DNA from: Psilocybe cubensis
Taxonomy: Eukaryota
Reading direction: 5' to 3'
DNA length: 64,000 bases
Assembly (NCBI GenBank): GCA_017499595.2
Contig: CM039006.1
Coordinates: 310,001 to 374,000, forward strand
The translations under genes were made by a program, and so were the position numbers. The notes under the pieces are model-generated. The model had not been told where the DNA came from. It saw only the letters and a program-made list of their open reading frames with translations, and did not search any database. Positions 1 to 13,580 of the stretch are shown here, piece after piece; the first letter of the stretch is position 1, and the number at the start of each line of letters is the position of its first letter.

Positions 1-25
1 CGTAATTCAATGTTTTGTTGCATAG

Positions 26-996
26 CCATCTGCGCATTGTCTCCCTCAGCGGATAGTTCGTATCTCGCATACCCATCTCCTGTGCCATCACCTGCATCGG
101 CCAGTACCAGTACCACCCCTGCTGCGCCTGCCCCCGCACCATCCAGCTCCCCATCACAGTCCGGCGACGTGCTCCTTTTCTCCACACGCTCGCTCACCGT
201 CGCCAACGTTATCCAGGCGCACAAATCGCCACTCTCCTCGCTCGCCATAAATTCATCCGGCACGCTGCTCGCCACCGCGTCCGAAAAGGGGACCGTCATC
301 AGGGTATGGAGCGTGCCAGGCGCCGAGAAGTTGTATCAGTTCAGGAGGGGTACGCGGGAGGCGCGGATATACTCGATGAATTTTAATGTGGTTGGGACGT
401 TACTGGCAGTGAGCTCGGCACATGACACGGTGCATGTGTTCAAGCTTGGCAAACCGGGGGGAACAGGGGGTGGAGGGGCCGTGTCAGCGACGGCGAGCAC
501 CTCCAGCACGTTGGATGGTGCGGTGAGTCCACCCGAATCGGTGGATGGCGCGACGCAGGGACTGGATGGCGGCTATGAGGCATTTATCGAGAAAAAGAAA
601 GGCAACAGCGTCAGCTCGAGTCTCCGACGCAAATCCCTTCAACTCTCGAAGCACCTCACACACTCCATGGGCGGCTATCTTCCATCAACACTCACTGAGA
701 TGTGGGAGCCATCGCGCGACTTTGCCTTCCTGCGTTTGCCCACTTCCGGCGCACGCAGTATCGTTGCCCTGTCTGGGACAATGCCACATGTCATGGTACT
801 GTCTGCGGAAGGATATTTTTATTTGTATAGTATTGATCTGGAAAAGGGAGGAGAATGTGTTTTAATGAAGCAGTACAAGTGAGTATTTCGTTGTCTTCCG
901 GTTTCGTTCTTTTTCGTGTTACGTGGTTCTTACCCTTTTTGTCTCAATTTTAGCCTTTTGGATTCAGGAGATGAAGCAGGTGGAATGACAGATTAA
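26..996 (+). CDS. ATG18: Autophagy-related WD40/PROPPIN protein Atg18 (3' part; gene begins before the window)
   Basis: Translation has the PROPPIN motifs AHKSPLS..LATASEKGTVIRVW and the phosphoinositide-binding FRRG (LYQFRRGT), plus RDFAF near the C-terminus. Acceptor AG at 24-25; intron 879-953; last exon reads NLLDSGDEAGGMTD* (TAA 994-996). Confidence 0.92.
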
Positions 997-2146
997 CGCA
1001 ATCTGTCTGATTGAGCGCCGTGTATCTGGGATTTTTGATATGATTTGTTAGTTTTGTTCATTAAGTAGTATACCTTTCCCCCTTTTTTCAAGCTTTAGTC
1101 TGTTTATCTTCCTTTTACTGGCTTCAGCCACCTTTCAACTGCGCTGCTACACACCCACGCGTTGTTTAATGCGAGACTGGATGATGTCCAACCTGATGTC
1201 GTAGGTTTATCGACATTACCGTAGTAAGTAAACTATGTAGTACATGTCCATTGTCAGTCGACGCAGCGTTACTTACACTCTCCACCATCGCATGTCTTTC
1301 GGAGATTGCATCGCCTTCGACGGGCCAAGTACGCCCTCGTGCCAACGCGACTCAACTCGAGTCAGACTCAGAATTTATTTTGAGTTAATAGTAACACCAA
1401 GTAACACGGTTGTTAGTGGTGTAGAGATACCGCTTTACTATACAATTCCGCGCCATATATTCCGTTGCTAAATGAGAAGGGAAGAAGGACTTGTAAGCGC
1501 TCAGAACGAGTCATAATCCGTGAAAAGCTGTGGATATTTCAATCTCAGAACGTATAATTGGCGCGTTGGCGCGCTGACGACTCTTGCGGAGTCACATTTG
1601 TATCCCCGTTCAACCCTTTCCTGAAACCAAGTTCCACCTGAAGGTCTCGCCTTCCCAGTACCTAGTCACTACCATTTTCCATAAAAGGGGTCCGGGTACA
1701 GGACCTCGTTTACGCCGACAATATACCTCCGCCTTTGACTCTATTTCCTAGGGCGTTTGCCCTTCGCCTTCGTTGTTGTACAATTTCGACTCCATTTGGA
1801 CGGAATTACCCATTACAGACTATTCTTAACTCGTGTGTCTCTAGGACATTCTCGAATACGCGTGTTTGTGAAGGCAAGAAAAGGAAGACAGGAAAGAAAC
1901 AGAAACGGTTGACTTTGAACGTGTTCAAGGAGCTCAAGCCTACTGCTCAGAAGGAAACATTGGGACCGGAGTCTGTTGAGGTTTGTTCTTGGTTCATCAT
2001 CGAGTATACCCTTTCTAATCATCGATGTTAACATTAACATCGATATCGACCATAATCAGAACAAAAATCAGGATCAGTCGCGGACATCTCTGTCTCCATC
2101 TCCAACCACCACCACTACTGTTCCACACAGTCACAACTATACCCTA

Positions 2147-4831
2147 ATGCCACCTGCATTCAACCAAGCCGATTCGGACCTCATCACCCAACTCCATGGC
2201 CTCAACGTGAAGCTCGTACGGTCTTCACTGTACAACGTGCCGATGGACGATGGTACCAGCATCGGTGTGCGGAGCTGGAAGATGAACGAATTCAAGTACT
2301 ATGACATCCCTTCGCCGTTCCCGACCCTTGCAAGAGGATTGTTTACCCGGGAATTGGATGAGGAGGTTGTTGAGGGAGAGAAGAAAAAGAAGAAACATCA
2401 GATCGTGATTCGTGGATACGACAAATTTTTTAACATTGGAGAGGTGCCTTGGACTACAGTACGCCGTGATCCATTTTATCTGATCTAACAATGCTAATCT
2501 CAGATTTCAGTGGGCCTCGCTCGAGTCGCACACAGCGGCGCCCTACACGCTCTCGCTCAAGTCTAACGGCTGCATTATTTTCTTCTCTGCGCTAACGCCG
2601 AACAAGTTGCTTGTAACGTCGAAACACTCGTTGGGCGCCGTCGAGGGCGCGCCGATGTCCCATGCACAAGCCGGTGAAGGGTGGTTGAGGAAATATCTCG
2701 AGAAACTGGGGAAGACAGAGGCCGATCTCGCAGGAGAACTATGGGAGAAGAATTGGACGGCGATCGCTGAGGTATTTTGTCAGGCTAGTTATCACTGTAT
2801 CCCTTGACTTATGTTTCTTCTCTCCCAGCTTTGCGACGATTCGTTCGAAGAACACGTTCTTGGATACCCACCCGAGAAGACTGGGCTGCACCTTCACGGG
2901 CTAAATGTGCGCACCAAGGACTTCATCACTATGCCCGCGGACGTCGTCGACGCGTTCGCAGATGCATGGGGGTTCATCAAGACGCCTACTATCACCCTGA
3001 ACAGCATCAAGGAGGTCAAGGACTTCACCACCGCATGTGCGGAAACAGGTGAGTGGAACGGGGAGCAAGTCGAAGGATTCGTGGTCCGGACACACGTTAC
3101 GGAGCCGCCCGCGGGTGGCAAGGACGGTGCGCCAAAACCCACGAGCAATAATCAGTCGCCGTACAAGCCTGGCTCGTCGTTCTTCTTCAAAGTCAAGTTT
3201 GACGAGCCGTATATGATGTACCGTGACTGGCGAGAGGTGACGAAGATGCTGCTCAGCTCTAAATCTGGCCTTGACGCCAAAAGCCTGCCAAAGTCGAAAA
3301 TGAAGCGCCCGGAGACAAAGCTGTATGTGCGTTGGGTGATCAGGGAGATCAAGCACAATCCCGGGGCATTCAAGGAGTATACGAAGGGTAAGGGCATTAT
3401 TGCGACCCGAGAAAGGTTTTTGGAATGGATGAAATCAGAGAATGCGGGAGAGGAGCTGAAGGAGCTCGAAAAAGAGGAGGGGACGGAGGAAGTGAAAGAG
3501 AACAAGAAAAAGTTTGAGAAGACGATTATTGTCCCAGTTGCGATTCCTGGTAGCGGTGCGTGTGTTTTTTGGTCTATCTCCTTTTTTTACTCATAATACA
3601 TATTGGACGGCAATATAGGGAAAACTGCTGTGTCAATTGCACTCTCACATCTTTTCGGATTTGCACACACACAAAGCGATGATATCCAAGTCAAAAAAGC
3701 GGGACCTGCCTTCATCAGAAACGTACGCTCACTCTTGGACCAACACGATGTCGTCATCGCGGACAAGTACGGTTTTTAATGATTTATTTACACATACATT
3801 TATTAAACTAATTTCGCAGGAACAACCACCTTACCCAACACCGCGATGCACTACGCGAACTCGTCGCAAAGTACCGAATGCCTGTACGCCTCTTAGCACT
3901 TAACTGGCCGGTAGACGATAAGCCGCCAGCAATGGTGCATCGCATTTGTTGCGACCGCGTTCTTGACCGCGGGGCCAACCACCAGACACTGCGTGCGGAT
4001 CCATCTGCTGCGCGCGCACACGAAGAGGTCGTGTGGTCGTTCATTCGCGAGGCGCAGCCACTTGCTCCCGTAGAGGCCGATGAGATTGTAGACATGAGCT
4101 TGGATGACACATTGGAGGAAGCCGTTGAACGAGCAATGGAGGGTGTCGTCCGGGTGCTTGGGGTGGAGAAACCCAGCAAGGAGAAAGTTAGTGAGGCGTT
4201 GGAGAAGGTGAAAGCGTATGAGCCTGCGGTGAAGAAAGCAGATGGCCAGGACGCGGTGGGCAAGGCAAGCAAGGCGGCCGCGGACCCTCGCTACTTTGGC
4301 CTGTTGCCCGAGATTGACATCGTGACGCTGCTTGACGAATGCTTGGCTGAGGGCAAGGATGGCGTCGACCCCGCCGTACGTGCGTTTTGGGAGCAGTTGA
4401 AGGCAGACGCGCGTGTCGCGCGCCGCCCTCATATCACGATTGTACACCGGAACGGCAAAGAAAAGGAGGCGGAGCTGTGGGCGCGTTGCTCTGTGCTACA
4501 CACAATGAGCATCACACCTCCTACATTCAAGGGCAAGCTGACTAACGTCTTGTGCAACGAAAGAGTTATGGCGCTCACAATGGAAGAACTGGAGGTCGCA
4601 GATCCAGGGCTGGGTGAGGGACAGGAAGGCGCCGAGTTCGTTTCAAAGCTGCCTGAAGAAGTGCGGAATCGACTACATATTACGGTGGGGACAAAAGCGG
4701 CAGACATTCCGCCCGTTGAGGCGATGTCAATGGTGATGGAGTGGAGAGAGAAGGGTAAGGTCGGTGGGACAAATATCGTACCACTGGAAGCTGTCTCTGT
4801 CCGGGGAAGGGTGAAGGGCCTTAATAGCTGA
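2147..4831 (+). CDS. TRL1: Fungal trifunctional tRNA ligase (adenylyltransferase, polynucleotide kinase and 2H cyclic phosphodiesterase domains), multi-exon
   Basis: Motifs SWKMNEFKYY, TLARGLF, RGYDKFFNIGE, ligase motif I LKSNG, AELCDDSFEEH, EGFVVR, FFFKVKFDEPY, kinase P-loop VAIPGSG|KT, and two 2H motifs (PHITI, LHITV). First ATG at 2147; a possible upstream extension is under findings. Confidence 0.93.
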
Positions 4832-7602
4832 GTGGGTTGGAGTAGACTTTGAAGACGAAGGAAGTAGGTGCTGTATATTATTCTGGTTATTTATTCCACA
4901 TCATCATTCGCCCCCGCTCTCACTTTTGCATCTTGTTGTCCCCCATTTCCCCGCATTCTCCTTCGTTGTCGCATTTTTTTCAACAATCTCCTCTCATTGC
5001 TACTCATATGGAACACAGGATAATCCGCTGTCGTAAACATGTATTTTTAGTACTTTATAGCAAATTGTTGAACCCCCGCACCATAGTTATGCAACATCGA
5101 CATGCCCTTTTTGAAGGTGTATACCGCAGAGAATTCATACGTTCCCATAAACTAAGATGGGATAGCACTGGAAATCAGCACGATCTGCTTGTGATAACTC
5201 AGTGGGTGCACAGCGCGTCGCGCCCCTAACATTATTCCTCTGCAACGCGTCAGTCACATGATCATATTGTCCTCATCGCGCCAGCTCCGATCGGTTCCGA
5301 ATGGCACTCTCTTTTCTCCTACACTCACAAGGTTGCCTGCTTTCCACTCAACTTGACCTATGCACCTATGGAAATCGGCAACTTAAAAAACTGAACAACT
5401 TGTAGGAAAATACGTGGCTTAGATTGAAAGGCGAGGATTTCTTGTTCTCACTACGCGGCAGTCTCTATGATCTGCGAAGGAACGGACTCAGATCTGAATA
5501 TGTAGCTGATGGATACTATAAAACCTTGCTTCGAAAGACTCGGGGATGTATGCATGGCATCTGGATTGGCATCGTAATGTCGGTCGAAAACACGTTGTGT
5601 GGACGTTGTATGAGCGAGGTTTGAGAACGTGCTGATACGCAGTGCAGCTCGCTAACCACGAAAATGGCGCGCGCACAAGTCCACTTTCCCACGCTTCACA
5701 TGACCGCGGAACATCAATACACCACCGACATTGCCCACCGACACCGAAATTCCTCGCTCCCGGTACCATTACTCATCGAATTCTAATCATCATTCTATTT
5801 CATATACGTCTTGGTAATACTTTGACAATTTTTCTTCATTTTATAATCGGACTTTCGTATACAAACACAGCTTTCATTTTACCCACACATCCCAAGTAAA
5901 TGCATTAGGCGCCCGGCTTCGCACCCTCGCCGTTTCCTCCCCATTCAAGAAATTTTTACATTTTAATTAATCTCCTTCTTCTGTAGACTTACTCATATTG
6001 TCTTGGCCTCCATATTTAGTTTTCGCTTCGCTTAGCTCTTTACAAATTTTGTTTTACACACACACACCAGCTCAGTAGTATAAAAACTAGCTAGAAAATT
6101 ATCTACAAAATAACACATCGTTCACCTTTCGTGCCAATCTCGTTCCCATCGTTCCAGCTGGTTAAGAAGACCAGGGAAACCCTCTCGCACCCTCAGACGC
6201 CTCTCATAGCGGTTCTCCAGTTGTTTCTACTTGTTTATTCATTTTTGTTTGCTCGACGCACCTAGGACGCCGCTGGCACATCAGTGCCTTTGTTGCCACA
6301 TCGTCTGGTACACACAACAACTTACTCGGATGACTCGATCGCTCAAAATTCCTTAATATCCGGTTTCTTCTTCGTTCAACTTGTCCTGCTTTTTTGCTTG
6401 CTCTTGCCTTCAATTTACGTGTGAAATTTACGCACTTCATTTTGAGCATCACACTCTTGTTCAAGTGTGGCGTCGGATGATCATGATCTAGAAGAAGACC
6501 CCTTTTATCAGGCTCTCTATGCTACGTCTGGTAGGACTACCTGGAATACGGTTAACAAGGCTATCTTTCAAACCTGAGATCCACAAGGCGTTATCTTATA
6601 TAGTGTCGATGAGTGGCCGCGACCCAGGAACCACAACATATGCTGAAATGGACTCAGCGGATCCTATCTTTGAATGTGTTTATGTGTGCTAGCCCTCACA
6701 AAGGTCGTTTAGTAATGAGGTGGACAGTGGCGGTGAGGCATTTTTCGTTCATCGAACGCCGCGTTCGGGATGCTCATCCTTTTTATCTTGCCATTCCATT
6801 AAGGCGGTACATGGACATCAACATGACACACGCACATTTGGGCAAAATACTCCAAAGAAATTGGAGTTACTCAATGAACAAGAATCTAAGGCTATGAGGC
6901 CTCGCCTCGACGAGAATGAGGCATGCGCGCGTGCACATGAGCGCTACAAAGGAATGATCTGTACTTACTGATATTGAAGAGAAGTACGCATTTGTATTCC
7001 CTTTCTCCTACCATCTGACTATCGACTTTGAGAACGCATGAAGGAAAAACCTCCCAGACGATGACTCAGATATTATCCCTGAAATAGATATGCCCAGTGT
7101 TCAAAATACGTTTCAGATGTGGCCTCCACGCAGATGTTTGCACTCAAATTCACACATTTCATCCACAACCTGATTCTCCCCCAAAGTACGCGCACCCTCC
7201 CTGACTATGGGAGATATACAAGTTTACGAAAATAGAGTGTGTTATACATGGCGCACCTTTAGGAATTGCATTTTCCTATTCCAATTGCAACTGTGTTGCT
7301 GGATAGAAGTGCGAGCCTTTGTCGCATTGAACGTGTCTGTCGAAATTTCTGGGGAAAAACCGGCCCTATACACACCGCGACATGCATCACATGATCGTGG
7401 GGTAAACGCCATTTTTCGCTCACAATCCGAGGCCGCGTCTATCTTTTCTTTGTTCTTCTTTTCGGACTATAGCACCTTCCACCTGCCTTCCACTAGTTCA
7501 ATGTTCTTAAACGATAAATATTTCAATTCTTTTGACATAAAAAGATAATATATTGCTAAGTGTTAACTATTTGCTTCTGAATGCGTTCCTGCTGAAGTGT
7601 AT

Positions 7603-8566
7603 TTAATACTCGAAAACCAAAGTCTCATCGCCATTCAAGTTATTGGGAGGCCTGACAATGGTGATTCCGTCGGCTGTATCTTGCCCGAATTGCCACGGGA
7701 TTGGGAAAATTCCGTTTGAATTGGCATCCAGAATGAAAATTTGGTTAAGGTCTGTCGGTTCATTGGGCAAGTTTCCAATATCATTTCCTCCAGTGATCTC
7801 GAGTGCCACAACGGCCGTGTTGAAATTCTCCAGTGTCTGGACGTTCAGACCTGCTGCCTGGAATCCTGAGAAGCCACAGAACCAGGCATGTGCTGGAGGT
7901 GTGGCCAAGAACTCGTCCTCGTTCACTACGAATGAATCGATGGGGACCGTGCCTGCTCCGAGTTGAGTGAGGTTGGAATGCGCGACTTGATCTCCAGAGA
8001 TAAACCACGACACGAGACTCCAGAATGTCCCGCCACCAGCGGCAGAAACCCCATATTGCAGAGTAGGTATGATGAGAGCGTCGATATTGGATGGAGCAAT
8101 ACCGGCAAAATACATGAGGAGCTGGCCGCTCTGGACTTGAGGCAATGGTGGTTGTACCCAATTTCCTTCGAACCCTCCTATACTGTTTACAGCTGCGAAC
8201 GCTGCGACTGTTGCATCCTCGAGGTTTCGACGATGGGCGGTGCGATTTTGGGGGGTTGGGAAGTTCAAACGAGCATTTTTATTCAACGGCGCGGTGTGGA
8301 AGAGCGAGCCATCAGCATTGAGCAGACGTATTTCCGTATCCGAATGGATGATCTTGCCACCTTCGGGGACCATATGAACGTTTGACTTCGGGACCAGGCC
8401 CACAGGAGTCCTCACTAATTCCTCGGTGGTGCTCTACATATGGAAAAAGTTAGGTACGAACTATTTCTGCAGAACGGTGAATACTTACAGTACCAACAGG
8501 ACTTGCGATTCCACTGAGCGCGTAAAATGCGAGCAGAATGCAGGACGATACAATTTTGAAAGACAT
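7603..8566 (-). CDS. Secreted protein with signal peptide and propeptide, tentatively peptidase G1 (eqolisin)/ConA-like fold; copy A
   Basis: Exon 1 MSFKIVSSCILLAFYALSGIASPVGT (signal peptide), a GTAAGT intron, then the 7603-8415 ORF with PTLQYGVSAAGGGTFWSLVSWF. Clear paralog of 33456-34418. The family assignment is inference from motif spacing. Confidence 0.8.
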
Positions 8567-10115
8567 AGGTGTAGTCGTCGTAATCGAGTCTTTCTTGTCA
8601 TCGTAGCGTCAGAGCGTCGTTGAAAACTTGCAGAGAATACTACTTCACCTGCTCAGCAAACAAGTTCCACAAAACTTGCTGTAGAATTGGGATCCATTGG
8701 CCCTCTTTTAAAGTGCTGGCGGGTACATTATCTTCCATTCTTTTCGCAGACTGGACATGCATTCCCTATTCAAACTGACGGCAACTGTGTCCTGTGACTT
8801 CGTATGTCCTTGGACATGAGAATGAGTATATTTTACGAGCTCTGTTCGAACAACCCGAGCAGCGGAAATGCTTAAAATACTAACTGTTTAGAACGGCACG
8901 GAAGAAAAGTTGGTCTCATGTAGGGTAACAATTCTCATGCTGCCTCCTGTTCCTGATATGAGGCCGGAATATCTGTTTACTGCATGGAAGAAAATAGATA
9001 ACTTAATAATTACAACCTTCCCCCGGTCAATGATCTCGTACACAAATTTCTGCATAATTCCATCGACTTCGATCATATATTTGGTGCACCCAGTCCTTCG
9101 AATGTCACTCAAAGTCAGCAAACAACGACAAGGTACTGTAGACATGAGTCTGTGGAATACAAATCTTCCGTAGGATTGTGGCATGTCCATTTATAATGGA
9201 GAAATGAATATGCTCGTTTGCAAGCTTCGGAGGAAAGATCCGACGTATACAATAATTCAATAGTATACTAAATAAAGCAGAAGTGGTTTCCCTCGCTTTC
9301 ATTATCCCTTATTTCACTGGGTTATTTTCTAGGAAAGATCATTTCATCGATGGATGCAGCGGTATTGTTAATAACATCCACGCGGAAGCGAGGTGTCAAC
9401 GGAGTGAAAATCATCGGTCGCATTTTTCGTTCCGTACTGCTTTGTCAGTCTTAACAACGAGGAGTCGATGATAGCATCTAAGCCCCAAAGCTTGTCTGAC
9501 ATTTTCTCCCTAGGTCGATCCGAATGCATTTTTCAAGCCGCCTTTGGGGCCGTTGTTAGTTCAATAAAACAGGAATACTAGAACAATTGATCTTAAACGA
9601 TCTTGAATATGACTCCACATATGATATAGTACGGTGCTTAACACCTTAAGACAGAGCAGAATCGGGCATCCATAGCTCTCGTTCGTGCACTTGGATGTTC
9701 TGAGTATCACAAACGACTGTAGGAGACACAAATAGAGCATCATTTTCAAGGAAAGATATAGTACTTTTTACCCAGACTACCCTCTCTCCCTATTTTATTT
9801 CTGTTTACAAAATAGTGAACTATCGTTTTACCGAAGGTGTACCACAAGTGTACCAGAACTTGAAACACACCTGAACAGAAGTCTGAAGCCAACTTGGACC
9901 CCTAGGATTTCCTTGTCTCCTCCGCGTACATCGCTTTCATGCTGTCTATTAACGCCATCTTCCCCACTTCATTGATAGACCCATAGATGTGAGTGAAATC
10001 ACCAAATAAGTAGACATTCAGCTTCCTCTCAGCGGATTACCTGTATCATGAACACTATGTTTGTTTCGCGCCTTCCCGCAACCCCTGAGTTGCAAATTGT
10101 CCCACCTTTCACAAG

Positions 10116-10193
10116 TCGGGTATGGTGTAACGGCTAACATTGCCGCCTCTCATGCGATCGCGGCAGCTCGGGGTTCGATTCCCCGTACCCGAA
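10116..10193 (+). tRNA. tRNA-Glu (anticodon CTC) with an apparent 6-nt intron at 10153-10158
   Basis: Acceptor stem TCGGGTA/TACCCGA, D arm GTGT-AACGGCTA-ACAT, anticodon stem GCCGC/GCGGC with CT-CTC-A, T arm CGGGG-TTCGATT-CCCCG, followed by a T7 Pol III terminator. Confidence 0.88.
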
Positions 10194-10194
10194 A

Positions 10195-10201
10195 TTTTTT
10201 T
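10195..10201 (+). terminator. RNA polymerase III oligo-dT terminator of the tRNA-Glu gene
   Basis: Run of 7 T starting 2 nt after the discriminator base. Confidence 0.75.
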
Positions 10202-10258
10202 GACTGCAAGTCTATCATACAACTTTTTATGTATTGAGATTCGGGACAATGAAAAGTG

Positions 10259-12667
10259 CTATAGAGGATGAGCAAGCGTCAGGTTGTTCAAAAAGGCAAT
10301 CTGGCTCTGTCTGAAATCATCTGTGGTCAAGGTTGTTGGGATTGTGCCGTCCAGGAACGTTAGCATCTGAGGTGATTTTGTTGTGTATTGTGGCCAAAGA
10401 ACGTTTCCAAACCCGTTTGGATTCAAAGTGGTGACAAAGCGTACGAGGTAGTTGGTGAGCTCTTCTCCACCGTAAACATTTAGGAGATCGGTGACATGCA
10501 TCTGTTGAAAAGTTGTCAACGACTGTTCACAAATATATCACCAGAATGACTTACTGCACCGAGAATTGGGAGAGTTTTGAATCGCTTGCTGACTGTTCAA
10601 CAAAATTAGATTAGTAAAAGGAACAAGAGCTAGCTGGTCATACGGAATGCGAATATCGTTTGTTTAGCTGCCCTATTCTGGAGTAAAAACCTTCGAGGTG
10701 CCTGGAATGTGAGATCCCCTTGAAGAGATGCCAGCCGCTTGTACTGAGGAGAGAGTGCATCTGTCACTCCAGTATCGTAAGGCGATCCCTGAGTCAAGTC
10801 CGATGGGTAGAGAGTGGCTAGTTGAGCAATTTCGGCATCCGTCACACCTATTCCTCTAAGGAGGGTGTTTTGGACGTAATCCTGGAACTCGGCTTCCGTC
10901 CTATTCCGTTTCCTGTTAGAACGCTCTATCCTCCATGCGGAAATGCGGCGCGCTTACGTGACATTAAGTGTCGAGAGTGAGAACAGGGTCCCTTCATCAT
11001 CACAGTCACCTAAAGATATCCATTTAGTAAATTAGCGCCTATTATATTCCCATGTTACTGACCTGATATGAATGGAACGTTTGAAATAATACCCTGTTGA
11101 ACCAGCCTCTGAGGGTTGTCAGTAAGAAAAATTCCATCGGCTCTTGGAGGCCAGGCCAGGTTCAAAGACTAGACAACCGTCAGATATATCGAAAATATTC
11201 ACTCGCTCAGCTCCTACCTGGAAGTCAAATATTCCGGGAGACTTGTCAATTGCAGCTTTGAACACATCAAACGGAAGTTCACGCAAGCATTGTAGAGTAT
11301 CCGCTGAGCCAGTGCATCCTGTTTCAGCAACTATTGTGTCATATAGGTCCTGTCCTTCAGTAATATCACCGACAGCCAGGAAGGATCCCGATTCCATAAC
11401 CGCGGCTCGGAATAGCCCCTCGTTGTTTCCATTGTTTGCGAGTAAATGAAGACCAACAGAAATGGCTCCTGCAGACTCTCCCCATCTAGTAGACGCAGTA
11501 AGAGAACGAATTATTATTATAAGCACGCCTTCTTCTGCGCTTACATGGTTACCTTGGTTGGATCACCACCAAATGCCCCAATGTATTTTTGAAGCCATCG
11601 CATAGCTTGACGCTCTAATACAATGTAAGTCCCAGTTTTGATCAGCAAGAAACCCCTTACGATCTTGAAGGCCGAGGTTCCCAACACCAGCAGCCTTTAC
11701 TTCCTTGCTGGCCAAGAATCCGAAGCCTGTGACAAGTACTGAGTAGACTGCCCGGGAGCGCCAAATAGTTTGAGTACGAACCTGTCAGCCTGCCAAACAA
11801 AGTATGGTTAGATTCAATACACTGAAAGCTATGACGACTTGCCTGTAATTAATGCTTGCGTAAACGACAGGCATCCCAAGCAGTATAGAGCGTTCTACGA
11901 TGACACTTCCGTCATACCTGAGATGTTAAATGCTCTGTCAGGTAGGCATATTTTATGTAGAGCGTATAAGTATACATACAGAGGGAACGAAGATGTCCCT
12001 TTCTCGAAACCACCTAACAATTATTCAATCTACGCAGATTGAATGTATGCAGAAATTGAGAACAAACCTCCATAAATCCACTGGAATCATCGTTAACTCA
12101 GAACGCAAGTAAGGAGTCAAGAAAAAAATTACGCACAAGGACAACAGGTAACTTTGATCTTGAGGTCGCAGTGGCTGGCGTTACCACATTTATCGTTAAG
12201 CCTGAAAATACACAATTTAGTTGCCATTGGCAATATGGATACAGTAAAAATGAAGCACAATCTTCAGAGAATGGGAAAATGGCATTGATTCCCAAATTGG
12301 TGATCATGTCAATAGCCTCAGATGGAAGACCGGCAGGGAGAGGCAATCCAATGTTTTGTTGTGGACATGCGGGTCCGAAGGCTGTCGCAAGGTGTGTGCC
12401 ATTATAGGGCAGGTTTTCAACTGGGAGCCTTAGGCGAAGGTCTCCTACCCTTCGGAAACATATAAGTAGTTAAACGCGATATTGAAACATACCAACGTAC
12501 GGGGGCTGAGCATAGGGAATGCCCAAAAACTGTGAAACAGTACCAAGCGAAGTTCCCGTGAACGTTCCGGAATCAAGCTTGACTGAGGGCCCAGCTAAAG
12601 CTGCACCAAAGGCAACACTTTTGGCTAACGCCGTAAGAGAAAACACGAAAAAATGCTTGATCTTCAT
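10259..12667 (-). CDS. Secreted type-B carboxylesterase/lipase (COesterase family), many short exons
   Basis: Signal peptide MKIKHFFVFSLTALAKS; FLGIPYAQPP; SEDCL; WIYGGGF across micro-exons; GNLGLQDQ; FGGDPTKVT; nucleophile elbow WGESAGA; GDLTFQAPRR. Confidence 0.9.
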
Positions 12668-13580
12668 GGGAGTCCGATAGTCGAGTAACAGCTACTCTGT
12701 GAAGACGTTAAATAGCTTGGGGCTAAAATAACGATACTTGATCATGACGACAGACATGTTGATAAATTCATCGTAAGTATCTAAGGCCAGCCCATCACAG
12801 GGTCATTGACCACAAGGTGCTGGTGTTGCTCATCCGTACGCAGCCTGTCAAAACAATGTTGGGCGTGTGCAGTTGGGTTATTGTTGTGACTAGATATTCG
12901 TCTGGAAGATATGTTTTAAGTATCAAACTCCCATGAAGAAGCTTTGAAAAACACCACACAGGTGATCGATGATCGATGCGAGGTCATTTAGGTGTCAAGA
13001 AAGACAAATTCATGCAGAAATCTCACGATCGGAACCATTCCTGGAAGAACACCCTATAGCACCCTATGGTGTTGGCAGTAGACATAAAACAAGAACCATC
13101 CCTCCCTCGGACATTTGGGTAGTCATAATTGCAATGGATTGGAGATGTTTTCAGTGCTAGATGGGAGTCCAGTTCAATCAACTCAGTTGTGCCGAGTGTA
13201 ACAATCTCGTACGTTTAATGATACCACCTTCAATATGCCACTGTTGGATGTTTAAATTATGTGCGGGATTACTCTTGCAAGCCAGAACAATATAGACAAG
13301 AATTATTGAGTGTGCAGTGGTCGAGAAAGAGTTTGGATGGTGGATGGTGCGTGGTGATAGTAGCACTTCTGCAGGACGATGCGGAGACTCGGAGACGCTG
13401 CAATCGGAACTTTAAAAAGTTGTAACTCCTATCATCGATCCCTCCTCAGCAAAAAATTAATTCAATGATTCAAATCAAAGTCTGATAAATTATTGAATTT
13501 GTAGAGACGTCTACATGATACAAACTGCAAAGAAAAAAAACCTGATGCAATAAACTATAGTAATGGCTCTATTCAACCGC

